Positions 1 to 12,863 of a stretch of DNA of 64,000 nt are shown one piece after another. The notes beneath the pieces are model-generated. The model saw nothing but the letters and a program-made list of their open reading frames with translations. It ran no database searches and was not told the DNA's origin. Position numbers and translations under genes: made by a program. The DNA comes from Schizosaccharomyces osmophilus (lineage: Eukaryota), in the NCBI RefSeq assembly GCF_027921745.1, contig NC_079240.1, positions 806,001 to 870,000 of the forward strand. The letters are read 5' to 3'. Numbering within the stretch: position 1 is the first letter of the stretch; each line of letters begins with the position of its first letter.

Positions 1-363
1 GAAACGGTTGAGGTGGAAGACGTTCGGGAAGCTACCCGTTTAATTAAGACTGCTATTAAAGATTATGCTACCGATCCTGCTACAGGAAAAATTTCTTTGG
101 ACCTTATTTACGTCAATGAAAGAGAAACACTTGTTTCCGAAGATATGGTTCGAGAATTGAGTAATTTGATTTCTACACTGACTGCTGGAGGCAAAACATT
201 CATGGTTAGCCAGCTTTTAACTCGATTCCGTGAGCAAAGTACGGCTCATGTCGATGCTTCAGAGTTTGAAGCCTCACTGGCAGCATTGGAGAAGAGAGGT
301 CAACTGAAAGTGGTAACGAGTGCTGGGCATCGTCTAGTAAGACCGATTGCTCAGGTTGAATGA
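1..363 (+). CDS. mcm4: MCM4 replicative helicase subunit, 3' end (partial)
   Basis: EDVREATRLIKTAIKDYATDPATGKISLDLI matches the Mcm4/Cdc21 C-terminal region; the frame is open from the window start to TGA at 363. Confidence 0.9.
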   Translation, partial: ETVEVEDVREATRLIKTAIKDYATDPATGKISLDLIYVNERETLVSEDMVRELSNLISTLTAGGKTFMVSQLLTRFREQSTAHVDASEFEASLAALEKRGQLKVVTSAGHRLVRPIAQVE

Positions 364-795
364 TCTGATGCGCATTACATCCTTAAGCTGGTATTATGGA
401 TGAATTATTTTATAGAATTTATTAACCAGATACTGAACAATGTGGATTTATTTGTATATTATAAGAAAAAAAAAAAACAACAACACTATAATGAAGACGA
501 AAGTAGAAAGTAATAAAAAAATTGGGCCTAAAAGAAGTTGTATAGAACTATAAGTATAATTTAAATAGAATTCGAAGTCATTAAGGATCTCTGTTCGCAT
601 AAAATAAAAGGTACGTCAAAATTTTTCCAATCTCCGAATAGGAAAAAGCGGAAAAGAGAGGAATATATACATAAATAACATGAAGACTAAAATATATAAA
701 AGTCCGTGAACCATATCACACTCATTACGAACGGGTACACATAAAGAAAGGAACGTACACAGTTACCTTCCGAAATTAAAAGTAAAGAAAATAGT

Positions 796-2163
796 CTAGG
801 TGTTTTCTGCAGATTCTCTGTTGTAGGAATTTTCAGTAATATCAAACTTATCATCAGTGGTGTCTTTATTGAAAATCATGCTTTGCTTTCTAGAGAAAGG
901 TTTTTGTCTTTCTCGTACATTCCATCGCAGTTTATCTTCAAGAATCTTTGTCCATTGTTTATGCGGGTTTTGAATTGTGGTAAAAGGATATTGCGAAGTC
1001 ACAATAGACAAGTAATCACCGCGAGTCATTTCAGTTTTGCTGTGCCCATCAGCAGAGTAAAAAGCACTAGCACGAGAATCCAAGGGGATTTCAATGTTTA
1101 TAACCGAATAATCAGGAAGAATTACTGGCCTGAACGATAGGCAATGAGGACAGATAGGAGTAATCAATAAAGCGTTTAAAGCAGGATGGACAAGAGAGCC
1201 ACCAGCATTCATAGACATGTTGGTGGAACCGGTTGGAGTAGAGACAATTAGTCCATCAGCTTGAACGATCGTCATTAACTCTGAGTTGTTGTAAAGGTTT
1301 AAATTGCTGATGTAAGGATGCTCACCACGTGAGACCTGAATCTCGTCCAAAACGTAGTTCGTAGAAACGTGAGAGTATTGCTTTGTTTCTGCATTGTACT
1401 TGTGATATGAACATTCTAGTCGAGAAGAAAAGCGTAATGAAATTCTACTGTTAAGCATATAGTTGATATGCTTTTTATACTCAGCAGCAGAGAAATGAGT
1501 CAAGAATCCGGGAACATCAGTATCGGATAAAGTCAGGACAGGAGGACAAAGTTTTTGAAATAACCAAGAGGCATACAAAACAGTAGCATTATCACCAACG
1601 GTGATAATCAAATCAAACTTTGTTGGTTTGATTAAGCAAATGTAAGGAGTCCAAAATCCAATTCTATCTTCATGCAATTCCAAATCGTTCAGAATATCGT
1701 TTGCGACAAATCTTTTGGAATTTGCCAACCGTTTGTCTACGAACACTTTCGACTCAGGCGAAGTCGAAGAAAGCAGAAATTTTGTTATGTCCGCGGTTAA
1801 ATATACCAATGAGTGGTTCCTGGGTTTGGTAACAATGAGAATATTCTTTGGTTCTGCAGAAAAAACCCCATTAATAGCTTCACTATACATGGATTTTAAC
1901 CTCATAACATTTTCAATACGAGAGTAACAATCTTCACGATTACTCTGCTGTGTGAGGCTGCGGAAATCACTAACATTCAGGTTCTGTATGTTTGCATGGC
2001 TTAACTCATCGACTGGAGTATTCAGTCCCGACAAATCAAAATTCGCTGGACTGTTAACATTCTCATTACTTCTTTTACGAAAACATAGGTTTTTCATTTT
2101 GATCTTGTTCAGTTCGTCCAACGTGCCATCCCCTGGAATGTCAGACTGTTCAGGCATGTTCAT
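796..2163 (-). CDS. NAD/NADH kinase family protein (Utr1-like) with degenerate catalytic motifs
   Basis: 455 aa ORF with QADGLIVSTPTGST, AGGSLVHP and ITPICPHCLSFRP motifs; the GGDG site reads GDNA. Recalled ortholog SPCC24B10.02c. Confidence 0.88.
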   Translation of the reverse strand: MNMPEQSDIPGDGTLDELNKIKMKNLCFRKRSNENVNSPANFDLSGLNTPVDELSHANIQNLNVSDFRSLTQQSNREDCYSRIENVMRLKSMYSEAINGVFSAEPKNILIVTKPRNHSLVYLTADITKFLLSSTSPESKVFVDKRLANSKRFVANDILNDLELHEDRIGFWTPYICLIKPTKFDLIITVGDNATVLYASWLFQKLCPPVLTLSDTDVPGFLTHFSAAEYKKHINYMLNSRISLRFSSRLECSYHKYNAETKQYSHVSTNYVLDEIQVSRGEHPYISNLNLYNNSELMTIVQADGLIVSTPTGSTNMSMNAGGSLVHPALNALLITPICPHCLSFRPVILPDYSVINIEIPLDSRASAFYSADGHSKTEMTRGDYLSIVTSQYPFTTIQNPHKQWTKILEDKLRWNVRERQKPFSRKQSMIFNKDTTDDKFDITENSYNRESAENT

Positions 2164-3249
2164 AAAATGTATCTCAAGTCCAAAAAATCAACCAACCTTC
2201 CACGTCTTTTTCAGTTTTCTTACAGTTGCACGAAGGAGAAAAACCTTCTGCTTCCGCTCAAATGTAACACGCTGTTTTGTTTTTTACATGTACATACGTG
2301 TGAATTTGCTCGCTCTACACGCCAAGTAGCATTGTAACTTGAAGCTTTGACACGTAGTCGTTTTCGAGAGACACTAAACATACACCAAGATGTAAACAAT
2401 AACATAAAATAAATTATGAATGTATGTCCTCGTACCTTTTGCAATTGCAATGATTTTGTAAAGTTTGTAAGCCTCGAACTCTTGGAGGAATTTTTGAAAG
2501 TGTGGATTCATTGCAGAGAACCAGGGCATTGAAGCAGAAAACGCATCTCATTCCTAATTTTTTTTATTTTTCTTTACTCGTAATAATGTAGGAATTTTCG
2601 AAAGGAAGGCCATTTGGAGTTTATCCTCTACGGACTGTTGGATCGTATATGCAACATGTACCTACTGAATTGTTTAACGTAAGACAGCTAAAGGTATTAA
2701 AATATGTTTAAAATGCTATTTATTATTCGATTACCGGAAATTTATTGTTTGGGATAGCGTTTTACGACGGCCAGACGTCCAAAGAGCTACTTTTACGAAG
2801 GGAGAAGAGAGCTGATCTTACAAGCTTAAGATTCAGCAATAGAGCAAAGTCAATGGATCCTTTTAGGGAAGTCATATCAGAATTGCTTTCATTCCTGTTC
2901 ATTGATCCTAGATACGAAGAAACTCTTACTTCTTCATTTAAGCTTGGTTTCAACTTTTGTTTCTTTTAAGCTTAGGCCTTACATTATACTAGCAATACCA
3001 AAAGGTTTAGTGGTGGACCTACCTTCATGAGAAAGCCCTTACAAGAAGCATTAGCAGAAGAATACTAAAACAACAATATTGAAAGCTTTTGTAAAAATAA
3101 AAATAATAAATAACAACTAAAATTTAAAAGATAGAAGATAAAACATGCGCTAATTTTCTTTTTTCTCTTCTATGATTGTTTTAACTTGGTGAATATGAAT
3201 ATAAACAAACTACTTTTCGTTCTTCTACTGCGAAACCCATTTTTACAGC

Positions 3250-3803
3250 ATGGATCCATCAAAAACAGAAGAAAAACATGAATTGCAAGAATCGAATTTA
3301 AAATCAAAGCAGATACGAATGAATGAATGGAAGCATCCATCAGAAAAAGTGGATGGTCGATGGTTGCAATTGGATGCAAGGGTTAATCGTACTGTAAGTC
3401 TTAGGAAAAGCTATCAAATTCCAAAGGAAAATACCTGTACATTTATATCTAATTACTTGACATTGTGGAAAGTTGAAGTAGCTGACTTTATTGACGATTT
3501 TGTGGGTTGCTTTCCCTTTTTGTTCAAGAACCAAATCATTAGGAAGTACTAACACGGAATTAGGTAGAAGACCTTGAAATTTCAAACCACAATCTACAAA
3601 TCATTAATGAGGGCCTGGAAAGAAAACTAGAAGAAATTACAGCTCAGTCTTCAGTGCAGGAAAAGCAGGCTCCTAGTAGCCTATTGCAAACAAAAGCAAA
3701 CGAAGAAAAAGTTCTTCTTCATTCAGTCAATAATGTGTTAGACAACTTTATTTCCATCGTTGATGGAATGGTTCAACAGGCACAAGATGTTTTGGATGAC
3801 TAG
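3250..3803 (+). CDS. Small coiled-coil protein, 2 exons (3250-3393, 3564-3803), 127 aa
   Basis: GTAAGT donor 3394, TACTAAC branch, TAG acceptor 3563. Splicing gives an open frame ..LDARVNRT|VEDLEISNHNLQIINEGLERKL.. to TAG 3803. Confidence 0.8.
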
Positions 3804-4306
3804 CATACTATGGTAGCATTTTGTTGACCAGCGGCCGTTTGACATATTTGATTTCCAGCTTCAGTTCTCTTACATTGGATGTATTGGCTACTTTACTTAT
3901 GGATGCGACGAAATAAGTAAGACACTCATTTAAATAACTTTTATTTCAAAATCCAAAGACAACTACTAAATTGACATATTTAAGGTTCATCTTTCAATAA
4001 TTTGGATTTCATTTTTTGACTAAGTCATCTACGTTGAGCAATTGCATTTTCGAGCGACAATGAAAAAAAAAAACAGGCTGATTTGATAGTGTTATTCTAT
4101 TACTTTAATTCTAAGAAAACATTGCTTTTATTGTATTTTTGACAATAAAAGTAAAAGCCGAATTTCAGCTTGCTCTTGGTAGTCCTAACTCTTCCTCAAG
4201 TTGTTGCCATTTTCCATCGCGAGCCATTATCCAAAGTCGGGCGTTCTTTCTTAAATCACCCCAAAAAAAGGGTTTATAGTGTTTAATGAAAAAAAGTTGA
4301 TTCTTA

Positions 4307-4921
4307 ATGATTGTTGGAAAGAATTTGCGCCTTTTTCGGCCACAATTTGTCGGATTCATTCCATCGACACGTTCATGGTTCCATAATGCCAGCGTTCAGC
4401 AAAGTATTCTAGGAAGAATCAAAGACATGTTTGGAAAAGAAAAAGAAAAAGGAGAAGAACAAGTTTCTCAGAAAGATCTCCCTACCTTAGAAGTGGTTTT
4501 TCCAAAAAAAAGGACGAACGCTTCTAAATTCGAAGGACAGCGGCTTTTTGAGAAGTTTTCCGGTGAAAAACTAAACAGAGCTGACACTCTCAGTATCATA
4601 AACAGCCTCCGATCTTCTGAAACATTTCCTTCACCTTGGTCCCCTGAAAATCGTTTGCTTGCAGCAAAATTAGCATATCAAAAGACAGGACATATTGTCT
4701 ATGATTCTCCATTACAAGAGATTTCAAATTGGGATGATATGTACCGGTACTACGATATTCGAGTAGATTATGGAGACTCCACCGTGCGAGGACGCACAAC
4801 TTGGAAGCCTACAGAAGAACTGATGCTTTTGCCAAATGTTGTTTTGCACATTGATAAAAACGGATTACCTACGGAGGATCAACCAACAGGAGAGCCAGTG
4901 AAGACACCCGAATCTATCTAA
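4307..4921 (+). CDS. Probable mitochondrial ribosomal protein, mL50-like
   Basis: Basic N-terminal presequence-like region; KLAYQKTGHIVYDSPLQEISNWDDMYRYY resembles the mL50 motif TGHxIxDxxL. Confidence 0.6.
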   Translation: MIVGKNLRLFRPQFVGFIPSTRSWFHNASVQQSILGRIKDMFGKEKEKGEEQVSQKDLPTLEVVFPKKRTNASKFEGQRLFEKFSGEKLNRADTLSIINSLRSSETFPSPWSPENRLLAAKLAYQKTGHIVYDSPLQEISNWDDMYRYYDIRVDYGDSTVRGRTTWKPTEELMLLPNVVLHIDKNGLPTEDQPTGEPVKTPESI

Positions 4922-5523
4922 ACAATACCTTTTACCTTTGACAGTTTTGTGTAGTAGAATATTTTTTAACGCTTATTAATTATTTCTCGTCTGGTCCTTC
5001 TTCATTTTCCTTTTGCTGCTTCTAAGTGCTAATCCCTCATGTGATATTCATGTGTGTATAGTTTTCGTATACTCCCATCTCCATAGAAACTCTTCTGTTA
5101 ACCAAAATAAAATTGATAGTCGAGAAGCAAATGCCTAGAATTCATTTGATCCTCGCATTACTTCGAGAATTTGGAAGACGAGGCAGCTTTAATTCAGTGT
5201 TTCATTGCACAAGTAAGAGGAAATGTTTTTATTCAAGAAAAATGAATTTAAAAGAATTTGGGAAAAGAAGATTATGATGGTTTAAGCCATAAAAGTACAA
5301 AGCTTTAGCGCAACATGAAAGTTTGAGATTGACATGCTGTGCAAGGAAAGTGAAAAAAAAAACAAAATAAACATCTTCTCTATAATTAAAGTGAAGTTGT
5401 AAGAATCAAAATATAATCTTTTTGCAATAACATTATCTGAAAAAGTAATTTGACTCGTCTCCAGTATTCTACTCTGAATTTACCACCCACCTCACATTCA
5501 GCGCCAGATTTAAAAGTACAGAT

Positions 5524-5968
5524 ATGGAATATTTGAACCAAAAAGAACAAGAGCAATTTGCTCAAGTTTTGGAAACAAAGCAAATAAAAGATTATACGAA
5601 TGTAAGTTTTCGATAGAAGGCAGAGGTTATGGACCGATGAAAACATTCAACCAGTTGGAAACCTGCGGCCCAACCAAGAAAGCTAAAATTAGAAAAGGCC
5701 TTTCCGAGAATAGTGCTCGAACAGCTAACTGACGGGGAGTCCTACGAGATTCCCAGTTGAAAATGAAAATGCATGTTTGCTAACAAGTGTATAGATGATG
5801 TTTAACCTTAGTCAGGGCTGCTTCAATGACTGTATCCTTGATTTTACCAGCAGCAAAGTTGGTGACAAGGAAAGTGCTTGCTTAACCAGATGTGCGGACA
5901 AGTTTTTCAAGCATACCCAGCGCGTTGGTCAAAGGTTTGCAGAAAACAACGCTAAGCTTATGCAGTAA
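5524..5968 (+). CDS. tim9: Small Tim chaperone Tim9, 2 exons (5524-5601, 5795-5968), 83 aa
   Basis: Spliced product has twin CX3C (CFNDC..CLTRC) followed by DKFFKHTQRVGQRFAE; GTAAGT/GCTAAC/TAG intron 5602-5794. Confidence 0.93.
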
Positions 5969-6860
5969 TTTTGATGGATATTGTCTAATTGATTCTTGGT
6001 TCCCTTTGGATGTTTGGAATACAGTTCATTACTTTTACTATCAGGATGTGATGAAAACCCGAATGAAGCAATCGGCATTCCTACAATTTCTTAGTTTTTT
6101 TCTTATCGAGTATTAGGAACAAGAAAATGAAGAATTACGATTCGTATCTTTAGTTTTCCTTTATGTAACTTTTAAATGTGTCACTGGATAGTCCGTGCGT
6201 TGAACGATTTGTAGCTAAGCATTCACTAGCAGAAACAGTGCTTCAAGCATTTTACCATCGGCTTTTGTCCTCCATCTTCTATCCAAAACGAGTGTTCTTG
6301 CGTAAAAGATAAAACCCTTTTACGCTGTTGGCTTTAGCTGAGAGAACATCAAAGTATACTTGTGGATGGATTCGCTTCTGTAAGCTTGGAAGACGAATTA
6401 CTTGAAGCAAATGATGATATCCTTTTGTGTTTGCTTTTGCTAGGTTTACAAGGAGAGAAAATGGACCATGAATAGGAGATTGAGCATTCAATTTTTCCTT
6501 TCCCTGTCCTTCAAATACATAATTTTACTTTCTTCCTTATACTATTCTCCACAACATGCCAGTAAAGTAGTAACTTTCAAGAAAAAAAATCGACTTCTCT
6601 CTTTTTACATCTATTATTCTATGAATTCATTATAAAGTAAGCATTGAATGCTTACTTGAGAATGATCTTGGTTGTTTATTGTCTTTTTATAAGGTCACAC
6701 GTTACCCGTGTTTTGCGTACAAGCGCTCTTCTACTTTGGCAGAGACTTATACAACTTCAGCACCACACTCGATTCTTAATTCAACCTGATTTACAGTTTT
6801 ATTGGCAAAGTTGCAACTAACTCCGTTCTTTTTTTCTATTGAGTCGCAATTTCTGCCAAA

Positions 6861-7407
6861 ATGCCTGTCTTGAACCAAAAATCGCTGTTTTTTGCTTTGT
6901 GCGCCTTTTTCATGCTTTTCTCTTCGGTATTTGGTGCTTTGATTGCGCCTATTGGAAATGTTGACAATCTTGAAGGTGTCCAACTAAAGTACGGTATGTA
7001 AATTGCTTTTTGCTGGCTTTCACCGTGTTTCCTACTAAAGTACCTTGCTAACGAATTCTTTAGCTGACAATGTTCTTACGACTCCCGTTCCTGACTTTAA
7101 ACGGGCAAAGCGTGACGGTGTATCTACACCCTCGTATTCTACCACCGCAGACAACGTAGTCATTGTTACCGACAAGTATTGGTCTGTCGTTTCAGGTCTA
7201 AATCAACCAATCCCTTATCCCTTTACTTTCTCGGAGGCTCATCCTTCGTCAACAATAACAACAGCACCCTCTGGATCTATCGGATATGGATCAATAAAGG
7301 GTAATAATCGCCAATTGATGGAAGGTAGCTCATCCACGCGTATCTCCTTCCCTCACATTACCTTTGCTTTGATAGCCGTCACTAGTTTGATTGCTTTATT
7401 CGTATAA
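6861..7407 (+). CDS. Predicted secreted/GPI-anchored Ser/Thr-rich protein, 2 exons (6861-6993, 7064-7407), 158 aa
   Basis: Hydrophobic signal peptide MPVLNQKSLFFALCAFFMLFSSVFG; GTATGT/GCTAAC/TAG intron; S/T-rich body; hydrophobic C-terminus. Confidence 0.8.
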
Positions 7408-8724
7408 AAAGAATCAAGAACGACATTTCAATGCATCTTTTTTAATTGCTCGCATATTTATCAATTTTTACGTGACTTGTGGTAATTGAGTGAATCAATC
7501 TTTTCTACGAGTTGTCTTATATATTTTTTCGATGTAAAATCGAAAAAGAAATTTATTGACATTCAAAGTCTTTTCTTTCCTTCTTTTTAATGTTCCAGAA
7601 CCGTTTCTGAAGTTTTATTTTATTTTTTTGTTCACACTCTTTTCTTCGGAGGGTGATATGCTCTTCTTCTCTTAATATGCGCTTCTTCATTACTTATTTT
7701 CTTATTGTTTTACTTCTATTTCTCCTTGGAGTCTTTGACTCATCTGAAGAAACAATCTCTTGGTACAAACTTAGTCAGTACTTTTATGTTGCAGCCGTTT
7801 CAAGTTCAAGGAGAACATGATAGGTATTCTATGTCTTCTTTTCCCCAATAAAATAGAAAATTGAGAAAGTTAATAGATGATTGAATTCACGCCAGTTGAA
7901 AGCGAAACAAAGTGGATTCATATGGACCGTTCCATTCTGCATACTTCACACCATAAAGCAAACCAGATTTAAAGACTACACGGTAGGTGATAAACCATTT
8001 AAGTCATCCATCGCTTGTATGCGCATTCTAAAACCAAACTCAAAACAATACGATGCAATACTAAATATATATTTTGCTCGCTTACAGTAGCTTCTTTTTG
8101 TTTATTTCTTGTTAAACTAAAACTCGTTATTCTATATATCGTCCTTGCAACAGATCACTAATCTGTTTAGGGTGCTGTAAAGCGAGTACCACACACAGCT
8201 GATTTCTTTTACCATACAACATTGGAGAGCAGATATAGACTGGCCACACCAAAATTACCGGCGGGAAAAGAGAGAACATAGAGAATTGTCAAAGAAACGC
8301 ATTTCCGTAGTCTGAAACTGTTTTAGATCAATTCTTAGAAAAATTTGGTTTCGATTGGTATCCATTTTATAGGCTTTTTTTGATTCTCAGCCGACTTTGG
8401 TATAAGTCGCAATAGCTGAGCGGCGAATCTGTATTGCGAAACTCTTTAAAAGTCATCTTGTTTTTACTTTTAACTAGAAAGCTTTTCTTAAATCCAGCCT
8501 GTTCTCACTGGAAATCACAAGGTACTTTTGCTTGACACTTCAATCCATTTGCTTTGCTCTATTGCTTGTGACTCAATCGTTTTGTTCAAATAGAGGTAAA
8601 TATCGTAAAGGAAACTCTGTAAAGTCTTTATCCCTTTTGCGTTTTTTTGCTTGCCTATACGTTCTGTCCTTCTTTTCCCTTTGCCCACCGAGTTCTTGTA
8701 CTTTACAACCTTTAATTATCTATA

Positions 8725-10520
8725 ATGTCTTGGAAATTAACGAAAAGTATGTGATTGTCCCTTGTTGAATTTTGTTTTCTAACTGTTGTTTCTTCCAGAA
8801 TTAAAAGAAACACATCTTGCCTCTGCGATCGGATTGAATTCCAGTGGCTCAATAAAAGGCTTGCGGAACAATGCGCATTCTTCAATGTCGTCTCGAAAAT
8901 CGAGCGATGAGAAATCCAGCAGAAGCTCAGAAGACCGACAACCTCAGAGCACAGTGGTTCAACCAGGTTTGCTTCAAGTCACAATTATTGCAGCCAGAGA
9001 CTTGCGTCTACCATCTGGATATACGCCAACTAACTATACAGCATCTTTCGGTGCTATTCCCAGTAATAATGGCTTAGGACATTCCCGGTCGCGAAGTCAT
9101 GCATGGTGGTTACCTTACATCGTGGTAGAGTTTGACAAAAACGAGGTTTTAGTGGATGCTCTAAATACTGCTACTCTAGAAAATCCAAGGTGGGATTATC
9201 AGGCTACTTTTGATGTTTCCCGATATTCAAAATTATCTTTAAACATTTATCTTCGATCTTCTACAAGTCGATTGCGAAACGGGATGGGAAATGACGTGTT
9301 TTTGGGAGGAATAAAGATTCCTCCATCTTTTGTTGTCAATAAGCTTACTGATGAATGGGTTTCTTTACAGGGAGGCAGCGGAGAATTACGAGTTCAAATG
9401 CTGTATAAACCGAACCAGAATACCCCCCTTACCATTGATGCTTTTGACCTTTTAAAAGTGGTCGGAAAAGGCTCTTTTGGAAAAGTCATGCAGGTTCGAA
9501 AACGAGACACCTCGCGTATTTATGCTTTAAAAACTATTCGAAAAGCACACATTGTTTCAAGGAGTGAAGTTGACCATACTCTGGCAGAAAGAACTGTGCT
9601 GGCGCAAGTTAACAATCCCTTTATTGTTCCATTAAAGTTCTCTTTCCAATCTCCCGAAAAGTTGTATATTGTTTTGGCATTCGTTAACGGTGGTGAGTTG
9701 TTTCATCATTTACAGCGTGAAGGTTGCTTTGGCACTTCCCGAGCAAAGTTTTACACGGCAGAACTGCTGGTAGCTCTCGAGTGCCTTCATGAATTCAACG
9801 TCATTTATCGTGACTTAAAACCAGAAAACATTCTTTTAGACTACACCGGACACATTGCTCTATGTGATTTTGGTTTATGCAAATTAAATATGGCCAAAAC
9901 TGACCGCACAAACAGTAGGTTCAATCATTCTTTTTTTTATTTTGAATCCATTTATTAACATGAATTTAGCTTTTTGTGGCACTCCAGAATACCTCGCGCC
10001 GGAATTGCTTTTGGGTCACGGTTATACAAAAGTAGTTGACTGGTGGACTTTGGGTGTGCTACTTTACGAAATGATAACTGGTCTCCCCCCGTTTTATGAT
10101 GAAAATATAAATGAAATGTATAGAAAAATTTTACAAGATACGCTACGCTTCCCTGATAATATTGACAAAGATGGCCGTAACTTACTTTGCGGCTTATTGA
10201 CTCGCTCACCGGATAAAAGGTTAGGTAGTCGCGGTGCCCAAGAAATAAAAAACCATCCTTTTTTTGCGGATATTGATTGGAAAAAGCTTTTTGCCAAAAA
10301 GATTCAGCCGCCTTTCAAACCATGTGTTGAGTCTGCTATTGATACGAGCAATTTTGACTCCGAATTTACCTCAGAAATCCCAATGGATAGTGTTGTTGCG
10401 GATTCACATCTTTCGGAGACCGTTCAACAACAATTTGCAAATTGGAGCTATCAGCGTCCTACTACAATAGATGCATCTGATGACATTTCGACGATTGCTC
10501 CTGGAAGCATAACGCGGTAG
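8725..10520 (+). CDS. gad8: AGC kinase Gad8, 3 exons (8725-8746, 8799-9914, 9970-10520)
   Basis: MSWKLTK|KLKETHLASAIG N-terminus, C2 domain, GKGSFGKV, YRDLKPEN, DFG, TFCGTPEY and FANWSY hydrophobic motif. Confidence 0.96.
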
Positions 10521-10922
10521 TAATATCTACTTTCGCTGTTTTTTTTTAGATAAGTATTCCACTCTTTATTTTTGTTTTTATATCATTAAATTAGCGAAAT
10601 ACATGGTTGTTTGCTTTTGCAATCGTTCTTAGTGCAATCATCCTTATTAAGTGATTTGCTTTATGTAGTTAATACCTTGAAAGTGCATGATAGTTTTGTT
10701 TGTGGTAGAAATGACTTGCAAGTATCATAAATCTTACGAAAAGACGCTAAGATAATCGTGTATGAAATCTATATGCATTTCGGAGTAAATTATTGAACAG
10801 ACAGTAGAAGATAATAGAACTAAATATACAAGGGAGGTTTTGCATCCAAAAGAAATTTACAAGTTTTTTGACCAAAAGAACGAACGGAAAATTACAACAT
10901 TAAATAGGGGAATGTGCTCGAG

Positions 10923-12274
10923 TCATGGAGTAGTGATCCAATTTAACCTTTTACAGAAGTCGTATAATTGTTCTACCTTTGTGTGTTCAATGTGCTTCAA
11001 TAGTTGAACAGCGTCGTCTTTGGAAAAAGGTTTATCAGAAATAAGAGAAGCAGAGATTAAGGCGTATTTTAATGCCAAAAATGGTTTTGGAAAGATCTGT
11101 AATTGAAGACATAAAGAATGCTCCTCGTCGGAGAGAAGATGACGGTCAGCAGAAGTAGGAAATGAAGGGACAGGAATAGGTTGTTTGACAAACTTTTGAA
11201 TATCTCGAATTGGAAAAGGAACTGGTGGAACAACAGAGTTTAGAGGCTTATTTTGACGTATTAAACCGCTAGTCGCTCTGCTAATCAACATCTGTAAAAT
11301 TGTTAGTCATTTTAACGACAAAGAAGTAAAAGAAAGCTCACCTTTTGTGTTTTATCGCGTTGATAACGTACGCCTTGCTCAAGATTAGTGAGTCCCATCT
11401 GTCTCCATTCCTGAAGCTCTTGTATACGTTTTACAAGAGCGACTTGTTCAAAAAGACCATGTAAAAATTTTCGGTAGTCTTCAGCTGAAAGCAGGCGAGC
11501 AAAAGATTTTGTTTTATTAAGTAATAGACGTTCCTCTTTCGAGAGACGCTTTTCATTAGCTTGCAATCTCCGGTAGTCTAATAAATTATGGGTGAAGATG
11601 ACTTGTTTCCGAATTGCACGACTTGTTAAACGAGAATTATATATATTCAACATAGTAAGCTTGATATGTTCTTCCTGTTGTTTCGATTCCGATGCGTCTT
11701 CTTCAAAGTTCATATCTTTGACGGGAACCTCGGCTTCGTTCATGTACTCTTGATCAAATTCCAAACGGCCAGGCATGTAGCCCTGTATTTCATGACATTG
11801 TGGGGTAGAAGCTAGTGGTTTTGGGGGAATCACTGGAATGGGTTCAAATTTTTGTATGCGTGCGCGCTTCTTCTCAGCGAAGGCTATCCGATCGATGGGT
11901 CCATCAAACTCGCTCTTAGAAAGAGGGTAATTACTTGTTTCGATATATGTGCTTATATAATGATCTTTACAATCTTCTTTGGTGCGCCCATTGCCTACAT
12001 ATTCGGCGATATCTGACCAATTTCCCAAACCCAACGTCTCACATGCATCAATGAGCAGAAGTTCTTCATCTGCACCCCAGTCTTCTGTAAAAATAGGATA
12101 AGAATTTGTCTCAATAATACGATATGGATGACTTGGTTGGTGCTCGCCGAGGGAAGCTCCAGAAGTGTAGCAGGGAATGCACAGATCAAAATCCGCACAT
12201 TCCGCACACCTGATGTGAATCATCCTCGTTATATCTTGTGCACATACATTGCAATGAAACTTTTGAGGCGGCAT
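10923..12274 (-). CDS. ada2: SAGA subunit Ada2, 2 exons (12274-11342, 11291-10923)
   Basis: ZZ finger (CNVC..CAEC..DLCIPC), SANT ([14 protein letters not shown]), GYMPGRLEF and C-terminal SWIRM-like region; 50-nt phase-0 intron. Confidence 0.95.
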
Positions 12275-12863
12275 CCTGCAGGGGAGCAAAAATATTCTGT
12301 TCCACTATGGTGGAGCAAAATCCCGTGGTACGGTGGCAGGTTGGGTAGGAATGATGAAAACCAAATAAACTCTAGAAATTACAAAAAACCTACCCCGAAA
12401 AGTAGATAGACTTACTCGAAAAGAACCGAGGAATTTTTTAAAAGAAACAATGGTGGAGGGCCACGGTTCCCTTATTTTAGTAAATGTCAACACCACAAAG
12501 CAGTTCTGCTTATGCTTCGTCGGCTTGAAAAACATCCCTTTAGATTGTATCTATTCTATTGATCTGGTCGTTTCATAATTAAAAACCAATCTCGATACTT
12601 TAAAACTCACAAAACTCCTAAACCCAAGCTTAGTACCATAGCAGCTGAAAATGAGTACAAATTTGCTCACAAATCTAGTTCACGTAATGACCGTTTGGCT
12701 TTTAAAATCAGTCATTTTTTTAAAGTAGTTTAATAGAACTGCAATATTAAAAATAAAAAAAAAGAAACAACTTGATGATATTCTATTACTCCTTAAAACA
12801 ATTTACTTCACTACAGCGCATTGCTGTTCGGTAAAGGATGCTTTCGTTGCCCATTATAGCGTA

